A stretch of DNA of 62,746 bases, filler included, from 6 parts of 6 records of this genome joined end to end with filler, not necessarily neighbours in it; one strand, 5' to 3'. Numbered from the whole stretch's first letter, positions 1-8,924 are shown. Notes: generated by a model not told the origin, from the sequence alone. Program-made: numbers and translations.

Positions 1-452
1 AAAAAGTGTGCCGGAGCCGTATGTGCCTGGCCATGTCGGCCAAGCACCCGCTGGCCGGGTATGATTCCATCAGCGATTTTGATATCAGCCAGCTTGACAA
101 CGAGGTATTTTATGTCCAGGAAGTCAACGACGAGGCGTCCGACAAAGCGCGCGCCATGGATAATCTCCAGGGGTATGGTATCCAGCCCAAAGAGCTGCGG
201 TATGTCGCTAATTTCAATTCTCTCATGCGGGCCATCTGCCAGGGCAAGGGCATGACCCTATGTGGTTATTTCCCCAAAGCACCCGGGCATGAGGATATCA
301 AATATTACGATTTGACAACCTTAAAAGAAAGCCCGTTTTTAACGGCAGCGTGGCGAACAAATGATGTTTCAAAGCAGCTTCAGGAGTTTATTGAGCTGTT
401 TCCCGATGATCCGGATGAAATGACGGTCTTCGAGCATCCCAGCTGCAACTAG
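1..452 (+). CDS. LysR-family regulator, C-terminal substrate-binding part (5' end outside window)
   Basis: Aligns closely with the C-terminal half of the adjacent LysR (CRSRMCLAMSAKHPL vs CRNRMCLAMSTRHPL; YFPKAPGHE vs YFPNAPGHE). Confidence 0.85.
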   Translation, partial: KVCRSRMCLAMSAKHPLAGYDSISDFDISQLDNEVFYVQEVNDEASDKARAMDNLQGYGIQPKELRYVANFNSLMRAICQGKGMTLCGYFPKAPGHEDIKYYDLTTLKESPFLTAAWRTNDVSKQLQEFIELFPDDPDEMTVFEHPSCN

Positions 453-466
453 TAAAAACTATTTTT

Positions 467-501
467 ACGCCCCGCCCATTTTAAAACTGGCGGGGTATTT
501 C
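467..501 (+). terminator. Probable intrinsic terminator
   Basis: CCCCGCC...GGCGGGG hairpin just after the LysR stop. Confidence 0.55.
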
Positions 502-631
502 ACACAATTTGATTCTGTTATAAAACAACTCAATGGGACGTACTTAAATCTTGATATAACCTGAACGTTAGTATTTTTCAGACAATAAATGTGGTTTCTT
601 ATCTCATCTCAAACGTTTGGAGGCGCGATAA

Positions 632-1585
632 TTGTATAATATCACGTTTCAGCAGATCGCAACGTTTTTCGCCGTCGCCAATCATCTGAATATTTCAGAA
701 GCGGCTAACGCTATGTACATCTCTCAATCCGCGCTCTCTAAAACCATCAGTCGGCTCGAGGACGGACTGGGCATCAAGCTGTTTATACGAAGCAATCGGG
801 GCCTGAAGCTGTCAAAGGAGGGTGAATTCCTTTACGCGAAGCTTCGTACGCCGTACAATAATATGTGTAAGTATATCCAGCAGGCCAAGGATCTGCGCAA
901 AAAGAAAACCATCCGCATCGGGTATCCGAGCACCTACGATGCCAGCAAGGATTATGACAAGCTCAAGCGACTTATAAGCGACTACGTAACACAGCACCCG
1001 GACATTGAGCTCAATGAGATCCTCTATGATTTCATGGACCTCAAGCACGCACTCCTGTACGGGGATGTCGACATCATATTATCACCCGACTTCATTTTAG
1101 AAAATGTCCCGAATATTTCAACAAAACAAGTCTGCCGCAACAGAATGTGCCTGGCAATGTCAACGAGGCATCCTTTGTCTGCCGCCAGCAGCTTCGGGGA
1201 GATTCCCAAGGAAAGCTTTAAAGACGAAATCTTCTATTTCATCCAGTTCCAGAACGAGGCCAGCGACTGGGACCGGAACCTGTCCCGATTGCAAAGGTAC
1301 GGGATCATTCCGAAGGATATCCAGTACGTTTTAAACTTTCAGTCGCTCATGCGCGCAGTCCGTCAAGGCAAGGGCCTGACCGTCGGCGGATACTTTCCGA
1401 ACGCACCCGGCCATGAGGAGCTCAAATTTTTAGAATTACCGAACGTAGCTGACAAGCACTGTCTTGTCCTAGCCTGGCGGACGGATGATGTCTCAGGCGA
1501 GGTAAAGGATTTTATCAGCGTCATTCCGGAGGACCCGGAGGGTATGAGCGTATTTGAGCATAACGAACAAGGAATATCAGAATAA
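632..1585 (+). CDS. LysR-family transcriptional regulator
   Basis: N-terminal HTH (NISEAANAMYISQSALSKTISRLEDGLGIKLFIR); GGAGG RBS before the TTG start. Confidence 0.93.
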   Translation: MYNITFQQIATFFAVANHLNISEAANAMYISQSALSKTISRLEDGLGIKLFIRSNRGLKLSKEGEFLYAKLRTPYNNMCKYIQQAKDLRKKKTIRIGYPSTYDASKDYDKLKRLISDYVTQHPDIELNEILYDFMDLKHALLYGDVDIILSPDFILENVPNISTKQVCRNRMCLAMSTRHPLSAASSFGEIPKESFKDEIFYFIQFQNEASDWDRNLSRLQRYGIIPKDIQYVLNFQSLMRAVRQGKGLTVGGYFPNAPGHEELKFLELPNVADKHCLVLAWRTDDVSGEVKDFISVIPEDPEGMSVFEHNEQGISE

Positions 1586-1595
1586 AGGATACAAG

Positions 1596-1627
1596 AAGCT
1601 CCACGCTGCCCGCGCGGAGCTTTTTTG
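1596..1627 (+). terminator. Intrinsic terminator
   Basis: AAGCTCC...GGAGCTT hairpin followed by a T-tract. Confidence 0.7.
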
Positions 1628-1719
1628 CCGTCTTTTGCCGGTTCTTACGGCTGTATTGAGTATGAACAGGAGACTTCTGACAATTACGTGATGGTTATAG
1701 CTGAGCGTCAGAATCGAGA

Positions 1720-1748
1720 TTGACAGTCCATAGTGATTTATTTAGACT
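1720..1748 (+). promoter_or_regulatory. Sigma70/A-type promoter of the QueG-like operon
   Basis: TTGACA, 17-bp spacer, TAGACT. Confidence 0.6.
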
Positions 1749-1798
1749 TGAATTAAATAATCTACGCGGTTTCATGACCGCAAATGGAGGCGGACACA

Positions 1799-2692
1799 TT
1801 GGATCTTAAGGAGCAGATCAAGCAAACAGCACTGACTCACGGCATGGATCTATGCGGCTTTGCCGGCGTCGACCGATTTTCAGAATCGCTGGCCGGGCGT
1901 AATCCCACCGATATTCTGCCCGGGTGTAAAACGGTTATTGTTATCGGCACAAGACTTTTAGATGGTATCATCCAGGCCAATTTCCGAACATTTGAGGATG
2001 GCCGCCGCGATCTCAAGGGGCTTTACGGTACATATGGCTATGCGTTTTTACCGAATTTTGAGCTGACGTATGCCTGCTACTCGATCGCTCAGTTTATCGA
2101 ACGCACGACGGGTGTTATTGCGACGCCCTGCTCCACGGGGCCGATGACAAACGGCGTACAGCTGAGCCTCCGCCACGCAGCCGTCGCAGCCGGCCTTGGT
2201 GAGTTCGGCTGGATGAGCATCGTGCTCACACCCCAATTTGGCCCGCGCAACCGCTTTGGTGTTATCCTCACACAGCTCGAGCTGGAGCCCGACCCACTCT
2301 ACTCCGGAAAAAAGTTATGTGAACCCGAAAAGTGCGGCATTTGTACGCGCGTGTGCCCCACAGGCGCGCTCTCCGACGTCGGCGCAGAGGACATCCATCG
2401 CTGCAATATCGGTGAGAACCATTATGAATACGGCAAGTGTAATTGGGAAAAGTGCCAGATCGGCACACTCGGCCTTAAAAAGATCACCGGCGCCAACGAG
2501 GATTATCTCGAAACCTCGGACCCGACACCTCAGGATATCCTCGACGCCGTTCACCGTATGCCCGTTAACGAGGGCGGCCTGCAGCATCACACCTCACACA
2601 ACTGCGGCAAATGCCTGTCCTACTGTCCCGTCGGCGACTGGGCCGCTAAATTTAAGAAAACAGGCGTCAGCAAAGGCGCCGGTTCTGTATAA
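1799..2692 (+). CDS. Epoxyqueuosine reductase (QueG)-like / RdhA-superfamily 4Fe-4S, probably cobalamin-binding, reductase
   Basis: SLRHAAVAAGLGEFG...LTPQFGPRNRF motif; Cys clusters CxxxxCxxCxxxCP and CGKCLSYCP. The TTG at 1799 follows a GGAGG RBS (ATG at 1784 is the alternative). Confidence 0.75.
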   Translation: MDLKEQIKQTALTHGMDLCGFAGVDRFSESLAGRNPTDILPGCKTVIVIGTRLLDGIIQANFRTFEDGRRDLKGLYGTYGYAFLPNFELTYACYSIAQFIERTTGVIATPCSTGPMTNGVQLSLRHAAVAAGLGEFGWMSIVLTPQFGPRNRFGVILTQLELEPDPLYSGKKLCEPEKCGICTRVCPTGALSDVGAEDIHRCNIGENHYEYGKCNWEKCQIGTLGLKKITGANEDYLETSDPTPQDILDAVHRMPVNEGGLQHHTSHNCGKCLSYCPVGDWAAKFKKTGVSKGAGSV

Positions 2693-2733
2693 ACTCTGCT
2701 GACTATCATCTAATACGAAAGGATCAAAGGTTT

Positions 2734-4449
2734 ATGAACAAACTGCACGATCTTCTTGATCCCCGTGGTTTCCAGAAACGGGAGATCATCGATCTCGCCC
2801 CCCGCGTTACGCTCGATGATTTAAAAAACGGCAAGGTACTTTTTTACAACAACACAAAGCTGGATTTCTGCAACTACATGGCGGTTTTTGACCGGATTAA
2901 GGAACGCTTTACCGAGCTGGGCATCACAAATTTCGTGGACTATTACGAGACGGTGCGCGGCAAGAACACAGAAAAGCTCTACGGCTACGCCGAAATGATG
3001 GCGAAGGAAAAGCCGACAGCCGCCGTCGTCGCTTTCGGTGACATGGGCACCTCCGCCGCCACAACGATCGTGACGATCGCGCTTGAAAAGCTCGGCATCC
3101 CCACAGTTTACATGACGGCCCCTCCGGGATCAGGCATCACCGAGGGCGTTGGCGCTTACCGCGCCGGGAACCTCTGCTTGTGCTCCGTTGACGTCTATCA
3201 GGCCAGCACCCAGGTGGAGATCTGCGCCCAGGTGGATCTGAAGTGGGACTACATCATGGATTCTCTCACGGCCACCGGCGAAAAGCTTAAAAAAACAGCT
3301 GAGATCCCCTTCAAGCTCGACAGGATTCCCCCTGCAGACAGCGGCCTGCTGCCGATCATCGACACGATCGACGCTGACCCCGAAAAGCTCCTTGAGCCCG
3401 GCGCATACATGGAAGAGATTAACGACTACTTTAACGACGAGCATATCTCGGACGGCCTGCCGATCATCCCGCCGACCCGGGCACGTTATGAGGCGATGTT
3501 TGAGTATTGCCCTTTCCCCGAGGACATGGTTTTGTGCGAGGAAGTCGGCCCGACGGGCCAGGACATCGTCGTGCGGGATATCGCCATCGCCGCCGTTATG
3601 GCCGGCTGTAAGCCCACGGCGATGCCGGTTTTGATCGCGGCGTTCAAGGCGCTCAACAGCCCGAAGTATAACCTCATCCAGTCCGTCACAACGTCGCACC
3701 CCGGCGGCAATCTTGTGCTCGTCAGCGGCCCGATTGCTCAGGAGCTTGGCATTTCCGGCAAGCAAGGCTGCATGGGCCCGGGCTATCCGGCCAACGCCAC
3801 TATTGGCCGCGCCGTCAACCTCGTAATCCTTAATATCTGCCGCGCCTTCCCCGGCTTCATTGATCTCGACTGCCTGGCTTCTCAGGCCGAATTTACCTAC
3901 TGCTTCGCCGAAGAACCGTCCCTGGCACAGTGGAACATGATCAACGAGGATAACTTCGACGCCGAGACGACGACGGTTTACGTCCTCAAGGCCGAGCCCC
4001 AGCACGACATCATCGACTTCTTAAGCCTTAACGGCCATGACCTTCTCGATACGATCACAGACTGCTGCACGACGCTCGGATCGAACAACGCCTACATACC
4101 CGGCCCCCTGGTCGTCTGCCTCACGCCGGACCACGGCATGATGCTCAAAAAAGACGGCTACACGAAGGAAATGATCCAGGAGCACATTTATACGTACGCG
4201 TACCATCAGACGCCTATGGTCAACGGGCGCGGCCTCGTGCCCGTACGTCCGGCCAGCTTCAAGGATAAGCATCCGATGCCGGTTACGAGAAGCCCCAAGG
4301 ACGTCGAGGTCGTCACCATCGGCGGGCGCGGCGGCCACTCAGCCGTCATCCTGCCGTGGGCGCTGCACAGCGAGGGCATTGTCGAGGCGCTCCGCCTGCC
4401 GGACGGCACCGTCGCCAAAACCATTGCCGACTTCAAGGTGAAGAAATAA
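2734..4449 (+). CDS. UGSC-family-like domain fused to its conserved partner domain (DGLPIIPPT...AVMAGC...ANATIGRA); function unknown
   Basis: 571-aa ORF with RBS. The N-terminus has LAPR...NTK and GDMGTS...LEKLGIPTV. The C-terminus has the motifs of the uncharacterised protein I recall as the usual UGSC neighbour. Confidence 0.6.
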   Translation: MNKLHDLLDPRGFQKREIIDLAPRVTLDDLKNGKVLFYNNTKLDFCNYMAVFDRIKERFTELGITNFVDYYETVRGKNTEKLYGYAEMMAKEKPTAAVVAFGDMGTSAATTIVTIALEKLGIPTVYMTAPPGSGITEGVGAYRAGNLCLCSVDVYQASTQVEICAQVDLKWDYIMDSLTATGEKLKKTAEIPFKLDRIPPADSGLLPIIDTIDADPEKLLEPGAYMEEINDYFNDEHISDGLPIIPPTRARYEAMFEYCPFPEDMVLCEEVGPTGQDIVVRDIAIAAVMAGCKPTAMPVLIAAFKALNSPKYNLIQSVTTSHPGGNLVLVSGPIAQELGISGKQGCMGPGYPANATIGRAVNLVILNICRAFPGFIDLDCLASQAEFTYCFAEEPSLAQWNMINEDNFDAETTTVYVLKAEPQHDIIDFLSLNGHDLLDTITDCCTTLGSNNAYIPGPLVVCLTPDHGMMLKKDGYTKEMIQEHIYTYAYHQTPMVNGRGLVPVRPASFKDKHPMPVTRSPKDVEVVTIGGRGGHSAVILPWALHSEGIVEALRLPDGTVAKTIADFKVKK

Positions 4450-4451
4450 TA

Positions 4452-4520
4452 CCCCCTCAGTCACTTCGTGACAGCTCCCCCAAGTGGGAGCTCAAGGCCC
4501 TGACTCCCCTTTGGGGGAAG
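4452..4520. repeat. REP-like extragenic multi-hairpin element
   Basis: CCCCTCA-GTCAC-TTC-GTGAC-AGCTCCC-CCAAGT-GGGAGCT followed by TCCCC-TTTG-GGGGA; resembles the dispersed CCCTCAGTC...GACAGCTCCC repeats of Clostridia. Confidence 0.55.
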
Positions 4521-4565
4521 AAGTGTTAACATCACAAAAAACCATACCAAAAAGGAGCATAATGC

Positions 4566-6008
4566 ATGGTCAGAGATTATAAGTACGACGTGATCGTCTG
4601 CGGCGGCGGCACGTCCGGCGTTGCGGCCGCTATATCGGCTGCCAGGGGCGGCGCGAAGACGCTGCTCATCGAACGGCTGGGCGCGCTGGGCGGCCAGATG
4701 AACGTGTCGGGCCCTCCGGGCTTTTCCTATGCGTATCTGTATAACGAGGCCGGCGAGCGCGTCATTGACGGCATCATCGGCGAAACACACGAGCGTCTTT
4801 TAAAAGACAATCACGCCCGTCCCACCGATATGAACGAATACCGTTCCGGCTCGGACTACATCTTCTCATTTGTTGATCCCGAATGGTGGGGCCTTCTCAT
4901 CTTTGAGATGATGACGGAAAACGGCGTCAACCTGCTGCTGCACTCGCTCGTCGTTGATGTCATCAAAAACGGTGATAATGTACACGGCGTTGTCGTTGAA
5001 AACGCCGCCGGCCGCCAGTACTTTGAAGCAAAAGTCGTCATCGAATGCACCGGTGAGGGCGATATCGCCGTTCGGGCCGGCTGCGATTACGAGCTTTTAC
5101 CCCGTGAGCAAAACGAGCCGCACACCGTCTGCTTTACGCTTGACGGCATCAACTGGGACGAGACGCTAGCGTATATTAAGGCCCACCCCGATCAGATTCT
5201 CCCCCGCGGCGATGCGGACCGTACAGACGAGGAGCGTTATGAGCTCATCCGGAACGTCAAGGACATCGGCGAGCTCGGTGATATGCTCGGCTTCTTCGAC
5301 ATCATGAACGAGGCCATTAAAAACGGCGACTGGCATCCTTACGCCGGCATGGGCTTTTTCATTGGCGCAAAGCCGGACGGCGACCACCTGCAGGCCCACT
5401 GCCAGCACTCGGCCCAGGTCCCCAACCTCTGGAGCTGCGACCCGTGGGATCTGACGTACGGTGAGGTTGAAAACCGCCGGCAGATCCAGATCGCCGTCAA
5501 GGCCTTCAAGAAATATATGCCCGGCTTCCAGAACGCCTATATCACAAAGATGGGCCTGGAGATGCGCCTGCGCGACGGACGCCGCATTATGGGCGACTAT
5601 GTCCTGGGCTGGGACGACGTGGCCGAAGGCCGCCGCCATTTCGACTGTATCGGCAAAAGCACGTTCTCGGCCGGGGCCGTTCACGTAGCCGACAACCGCA
5701 CAATCGCCGCTTCAGACCGCGGCACAGTCAAGCCGCCCAACAGGGGCACATACGACCTGCCGTACAGAATGCTCGTACCGAAAAAGGTTGAAAACCTTTT
5801 GATCGCCGGCAAGCACGTCTCCGCCGACCGCTGCGCCTATCAGCGCTTCCTGCAGGAGACGATGGTGTCTGGCCAGGCCGCCGGCACGGCCGCCGCACTG
5901 TGCGTCAAGCATGGCGTTACACCGCGCGAGCTTGAGGACGAGAAATATATCAAGGAGCTGCAGGATGTCCTGCGCAGCCAGCGCGTCATCCTCGACGGCG
6001 TTCGTTAA
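4566..6008 (+). CDS. FAD-dependent oxidoreductase (FAD_oxidored / PF12831-like)
   Basis: DVIVCGGGTSGVAAAISAAR Rossmann motif; IECTGEGDIA; YDLPYRMLVPKKVENLLIAG; GQAAGTAAA. Confidence 0.9.
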   Translation: MVRDYKYDVIVCGGGTSGVAAAISAARGGAKTLLIERLGALGGQMNVSGPPGFSYAYLYNEAGERVIDGIIGETHERLLKDNHARPTDMNEYRSGSDYIFSFVDPEWWGLLIFEMMTENGVNLLLHSLVVDVIKNGDNVHGVVVENAAGRQYFEAKVVIECTGEGDIAVRAGCDYELLPREQNEPHTVCFTLDGINWDETLAYIKAHPDQILPRGDADRTDEERYELIRNVKDIGELGDMLGFFDIMNEAIKNGDWHPYAGMGFFIGAKPDGDHLQAHCQHSAQVPNLWSCDPWDLTYGEVENRRQIQIAVKAFKKYMPGFQNAYITKMGLEMRLRDGRRIMGDYVLGWDDVAEGRRHFDCIGKSTFSAGAVHVADNRTIAASDRGTVKPPNRGTYDLPYRMLVPKKVENLLIAGKHVSADRCAYQRFLQETMVSGQAAGTAAALCVKHGVTPRELEDEKYIKELQDVLRSQRVILDGVR

Positions 6009-6080
6009 TCATTCGTACCCATCCAATGAGTAAATATGGCTGCACACTATTTGCTCTTTTTTCCATTTACCCTCCATCAG

Positions 6081-6108
6081 CAAAAGCACCCGAAAGGGTG
6101 CTTTTTGC
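6081..6108. terminator. Bidirectional intrinsic terminator
   Basis: AAAAGCACCC-GAAA-GGGTGCTTTT between convergent genes. Confidence 0.85.
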
Positions 6109-6190
6109 ATAAGCTGTCAAGTAAGCCACGGTAGCGGCTTTTTCGACAAGCTGGGTAAACGTATCCGGAAGCGTACTTTTTAATCAATTT

Positions 6191-7228
6191 TCATATCTGA
6201 CATTGGAGACGGGTGTTTTCACCAAATTGTATATAAGCAACTTCTTCCAGTGAAACAGGGGCCTCAAACGAAAATTCCGCATGGCCGATTCCGGCGCGTC
6301 CGGGTATTAATCTTACAGAGGTTCCGTCCTTCATGTATGCCATTACATTTACAAAATCCAATGCCTGATTCGGGGCGTTGTCTAGGAGCTCATATTCGCA
6401 CGTCGCACCATAGGAACTGAGTACGAACGTCGTCATCTTTGCCCGAACTTTTCCGGTCTGCAGGGTATCACCATAAACTTCCACCGATTCAGAAATAAGT
6501 TCGATCGAATTAGATTGGCTGCTATACGGCAGCTTAATTTTCCAGGTGCCTTCCCGATACACTTCGTTAAAACCGTCAGAACTGTTATATAAGTCGGTTA
6601 AACCTAATACTTTATCGCAGCTGCTGCTTAGTGTTGGTCCGCCGTCCGGTTCGGGCCGGCCGCGCAGCGTTAAAAGCATATAAGCACAGTTATTTGTTGA
6701 TGTTTCATCATTAAGCATCTTGAAAGAACAGCTTGAGGTTACCCTTTTATTATCTAAATCCGCAAGATAGACAGCACCCCAAAAGAACGACAAGTCCTTT
6801 CCTTTAAGTGAAATACCAGGCTGGGACTCTATTTTAAGTTTTACGTAGACGACATGGTCGTCTCCCGTAACGGACTGCGCCGTTACGGTTATGCCGTTAC
6901 AGGTATCGCTGCTTTCAAGCTCCGTTGTCGTCTTCTCAAGAATCTCAACCTGGCTTTCAGCCAGCTGGCTGTCTGTTTTTTCTGCGAAGTACGTCACGAG
7001 CCAGCTGTGTACATCGGACATGGCGACAGCCGAAGCCGTCAGGCTGATAACCAGCGCAGCGGCAATGATAAACGTACGAATATTTTTACGGAGGAACATC
7101 TTCTTGCCCGACCGCTTGTTATCATCGAGCTTTTTAAATACGTCACCTAAAAATGCGTCGTAATCCTCCGGCAGCTTAAAAGGCAGCTGCTGCACTTTTG
7201 CCCGAATTTTTCTGTCAATGCGGTTCAT
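6191..7228 (-). CDS. Anti-sigma factor, DUF4179-like single-pass membrane protein
   Basis: Directly downstream of the ECF sigma gene; short cytoplasmic N-terminus, one TM helix (IIAAALVISLTASAVA), extracytoplasmic domain (NGITVTAQSVTGD). Confidence 0.75.
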   Translation of the reverse strand: MNRIDRKIRAKVQQLPFKLPEDYDAFLGDVFKKLDDNKRSGKKMFLRKNIRTFIIAAALVISLTASAVAMSDVHSWLVTYFAEKTDSQLAESQVEILEKTTTELESSDTCNGITVTAQSVTGDDHVVYVKLKIESQPGISLKGKDLSFFWGAVYLADLDNKRVTSSCSFKMLNDETSTNNCAYMLLTLRGRPEPDGGPTLSSSCDKVLGLTDLYNSSDGFNEVYREGTWKIKLPYSSQSNSIELISESVEVYGDTLQTGKVRAKMTTFVLSSYGATCEYELLDNAPNQALDFVNVMAYMKDGTSVRLIPGRAGIGHAEFSFEAPVSLEEVAYIQFGENTRLQCQI

Positions 7229-7233
7229 CTATC

Positions 7234-7722
7234 TCATTCCTCCTTTGTCAGGATTGTTTTCAGCTGCTCTCTGGCTCTGTGAAGCCGAGTTTTTATCGCG
7301 CTTTGAGACAGACCCGTAATCTCAGCAATCTCCTTTACTTTCATACCGTCAAAATAAAAGAGCATCACGATTGTACGCATATCTTTATTAAGCGCCTCAA
7401 CGGCGGACCAAACAGCGGCATTGTCTTCGTCCATATCGTATGTAGCGTCCTGATAATCTTCATATTGGACGGATCGTTTTCCCCGATTATAAATTTTGTA
7501 AGCTTCATTGATTAGTATCCGCATCATCCAGCTTTTAAAGGATTTTGGATTACGTAATGTCTCAAGTCTTTCATATGAGATAGAAACAGCCTCCGAAACA
7601 GCATCCTTAGCGTCTTCCTCGTTATGAAGGATACTCATGGCCATTCGATATAAGCTGAGTTTATTAGCGAGCACATTTTTGCAAAACCATGATTTTCTTT
7701 CATCAGCGTCCCGAAACTGCAT
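7234..7722 (-). CDS. ECF-family RNA polymerase sigma factor
   Basis: Region 2 (LYRMAMSILHNEEDAKDAVSE, FKSWMMRILIN) and region 4 (EIAEITGLSQSAIKTRLHRAR). Start moved to the ATG at 7722 behind a G-rich RBS. Confidence 0.92.
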   Translation of the reverse strand: MQFRDADERKSWFCKNVLANKLSLYRMAMSILHNEEDAKDAVSEAVSISYERLETLRNPKSFKSWMMRILINEAYKIYNRGKRSVQYEDYQDATYDMDEDNAAVWSAVEALNKDMRTIVMLFYFDGMKVKEIAEITGLSQSAIKTRLHRAREQLKTILTKEE

Positions 7723-7827
7723 AAAGTCCCCCCGCAACAACGTATTCTGTATATAAGATATACCATGGGACAAAAAGGTTACAATGAGTTTATATTTTTT
7801 AGTTCAGGCTTCACTTCATAAAATGCC

Positions 7828-7851
7828 AAAGCACCCGAAAGGGTGCTTTTT
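7828..7851. terminator. Terminator-like hairpin identical to the one at 6083-6106
   Basis: AAAGCACCC-GAAA-GGGTGCTTTTT. Confidence 0.6.
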
Positions 7852-7966
7852 ACGTAGTTTGTCACTTGTACGCTTGGTTTGTACGTGACTCACTTGAATT
7901 ATACCGATTGTTTTGATATAACCTGAGTTGAGATTTGTACTCGTAGCTTGAATACGTGGTGATAAG

Positions 7967-8908
7967 ATGCTGATCAGTGCCAGCCGCAGAACGGATATCC
8001 CGGCTTATTTTTCGGATTGGTTTTTTAACCGGATCCATGACAGATATGTACTCGTGCGAAACCCGATGAATTATTATCGGGTCAGCCGCATTTCACTCTC
8101 GCCGGACGTCGTCGACGGAATTGTCTTTTGGACGAAGAATCCGCTGCCGATGCTGAATCGGTTAAATGAGCTGAAAGACTATATGTATTACTTTCAGTTT
8201 ACGCTCACGCCTTACGGCAGCGATGTTGAGCCGGGCATTCCGCCCAAGCAGGAGGTGCTCGTTCCGGCGTTTCAGCGCCTGTCCGAAATGCTTGGTCCGG
8301 ACCGCATCATCTGGCGATACGACCCGGTATTTCTAAGCGATGTTTATACGGAGCAGCATCATTATGATAATTTTGAAAAACTCGCCCAGCAGCTGAGCGG
8401 CTATACGAGAAAATGTACGTTCAGCTTTCTGGACCTTTATAAAAACACGAGAAAAAATGCCGACGCGTTAGGGATCATGCCTCTACCGGACGAGAGGATG
8501 CTCCGAATGGCGAAAAATTTTGCACGCATTGCCGGCCAATACGGACTCGCTCTTGAAGCATGTGCCGAGAACATGGATTTAACGCCACTGGGCATCCCTC
8601 CGGCCCGCTGCGTCGACGCACGGTTGTTTGAGCGTCTGCTGGGCTGCCGGCTGAATGCTGCCAAAGACAAGAATCAAAGGCCGGAATGCGGCTGCGACGT
8701 CAGCATCGATATTGGCCTATATAATACCTGTCCGGGCGGCTGCAAATACTGTTATGCTAATTATAACGCCGGTACCGTGTCGGCAAACGTCTCCAAGCAC
8801 CGGCCGGACTCGCCGCTTGTATGCGGCGAGTTGACCGACGCGGATATCGTTCGGGACAGAAACGTCGCGTCGATTAAAGACCATCAGCTGCAGCTGTTCG
8901 ACGATTAG
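7967..8908 (+). CDS. DUF1848 domain protein (radical-SAM-like fold, putative DNA repair)
   Basis: MLISASRRTDIPAYFSDWF start, IVFWTKNP, WRYDP, DIGLYNTCPGGCKYCYAN. Confidence 0.9.
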   Translation: MLISASRRTDIPAYFSDWFFNRIHDRYVLVRNPMNYYRVSRISLSPDVVDGIVFWTKNPLPMLNRLNELKDYMYYFQFTLTPYGSDVEPGIPPKQEVLVPAFQRLSEMLGPDRIIWRYDPVFLSDVYTEQHHYDNFEKLAQQLSGYTRKCTFSFLDLYKNTRKNADALGIMPLPDERMLRMAKNFARIAGQYGLALEACAENMDLTPLGIPPARCVDARLFERLLGCRLNAAKDKNQRPECGCDVSIDIGLYNTCPGGCKYCYANYNAGTVSANVSKHRPDSPLVCGELTDADIVRDRNVASIKDHQLQLFDD

Positions 8909-8924
8909 ATGAGGGGTTAAATAA

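Noticed and set aside
1799-2692. Respiratory reductive dehalogenase rdhA
   Set aside because: Too short (about 300 aa), no Tat signal and no rdhB anchor gene.
3130-4005. Long antisense ORFs (also 9883-10719, 12826-13587, 47399-48025, 48662-49429 and others)
   Set aside because: Shadow frames of well-supported genes in GC-rich DNA, with no motifs of their own.
2734-4449. Selenoprotein with UGA read-through
   Set aside because: The codon at the UGSC-equivalent position is ATG and the ORF has no in-frame TGA.
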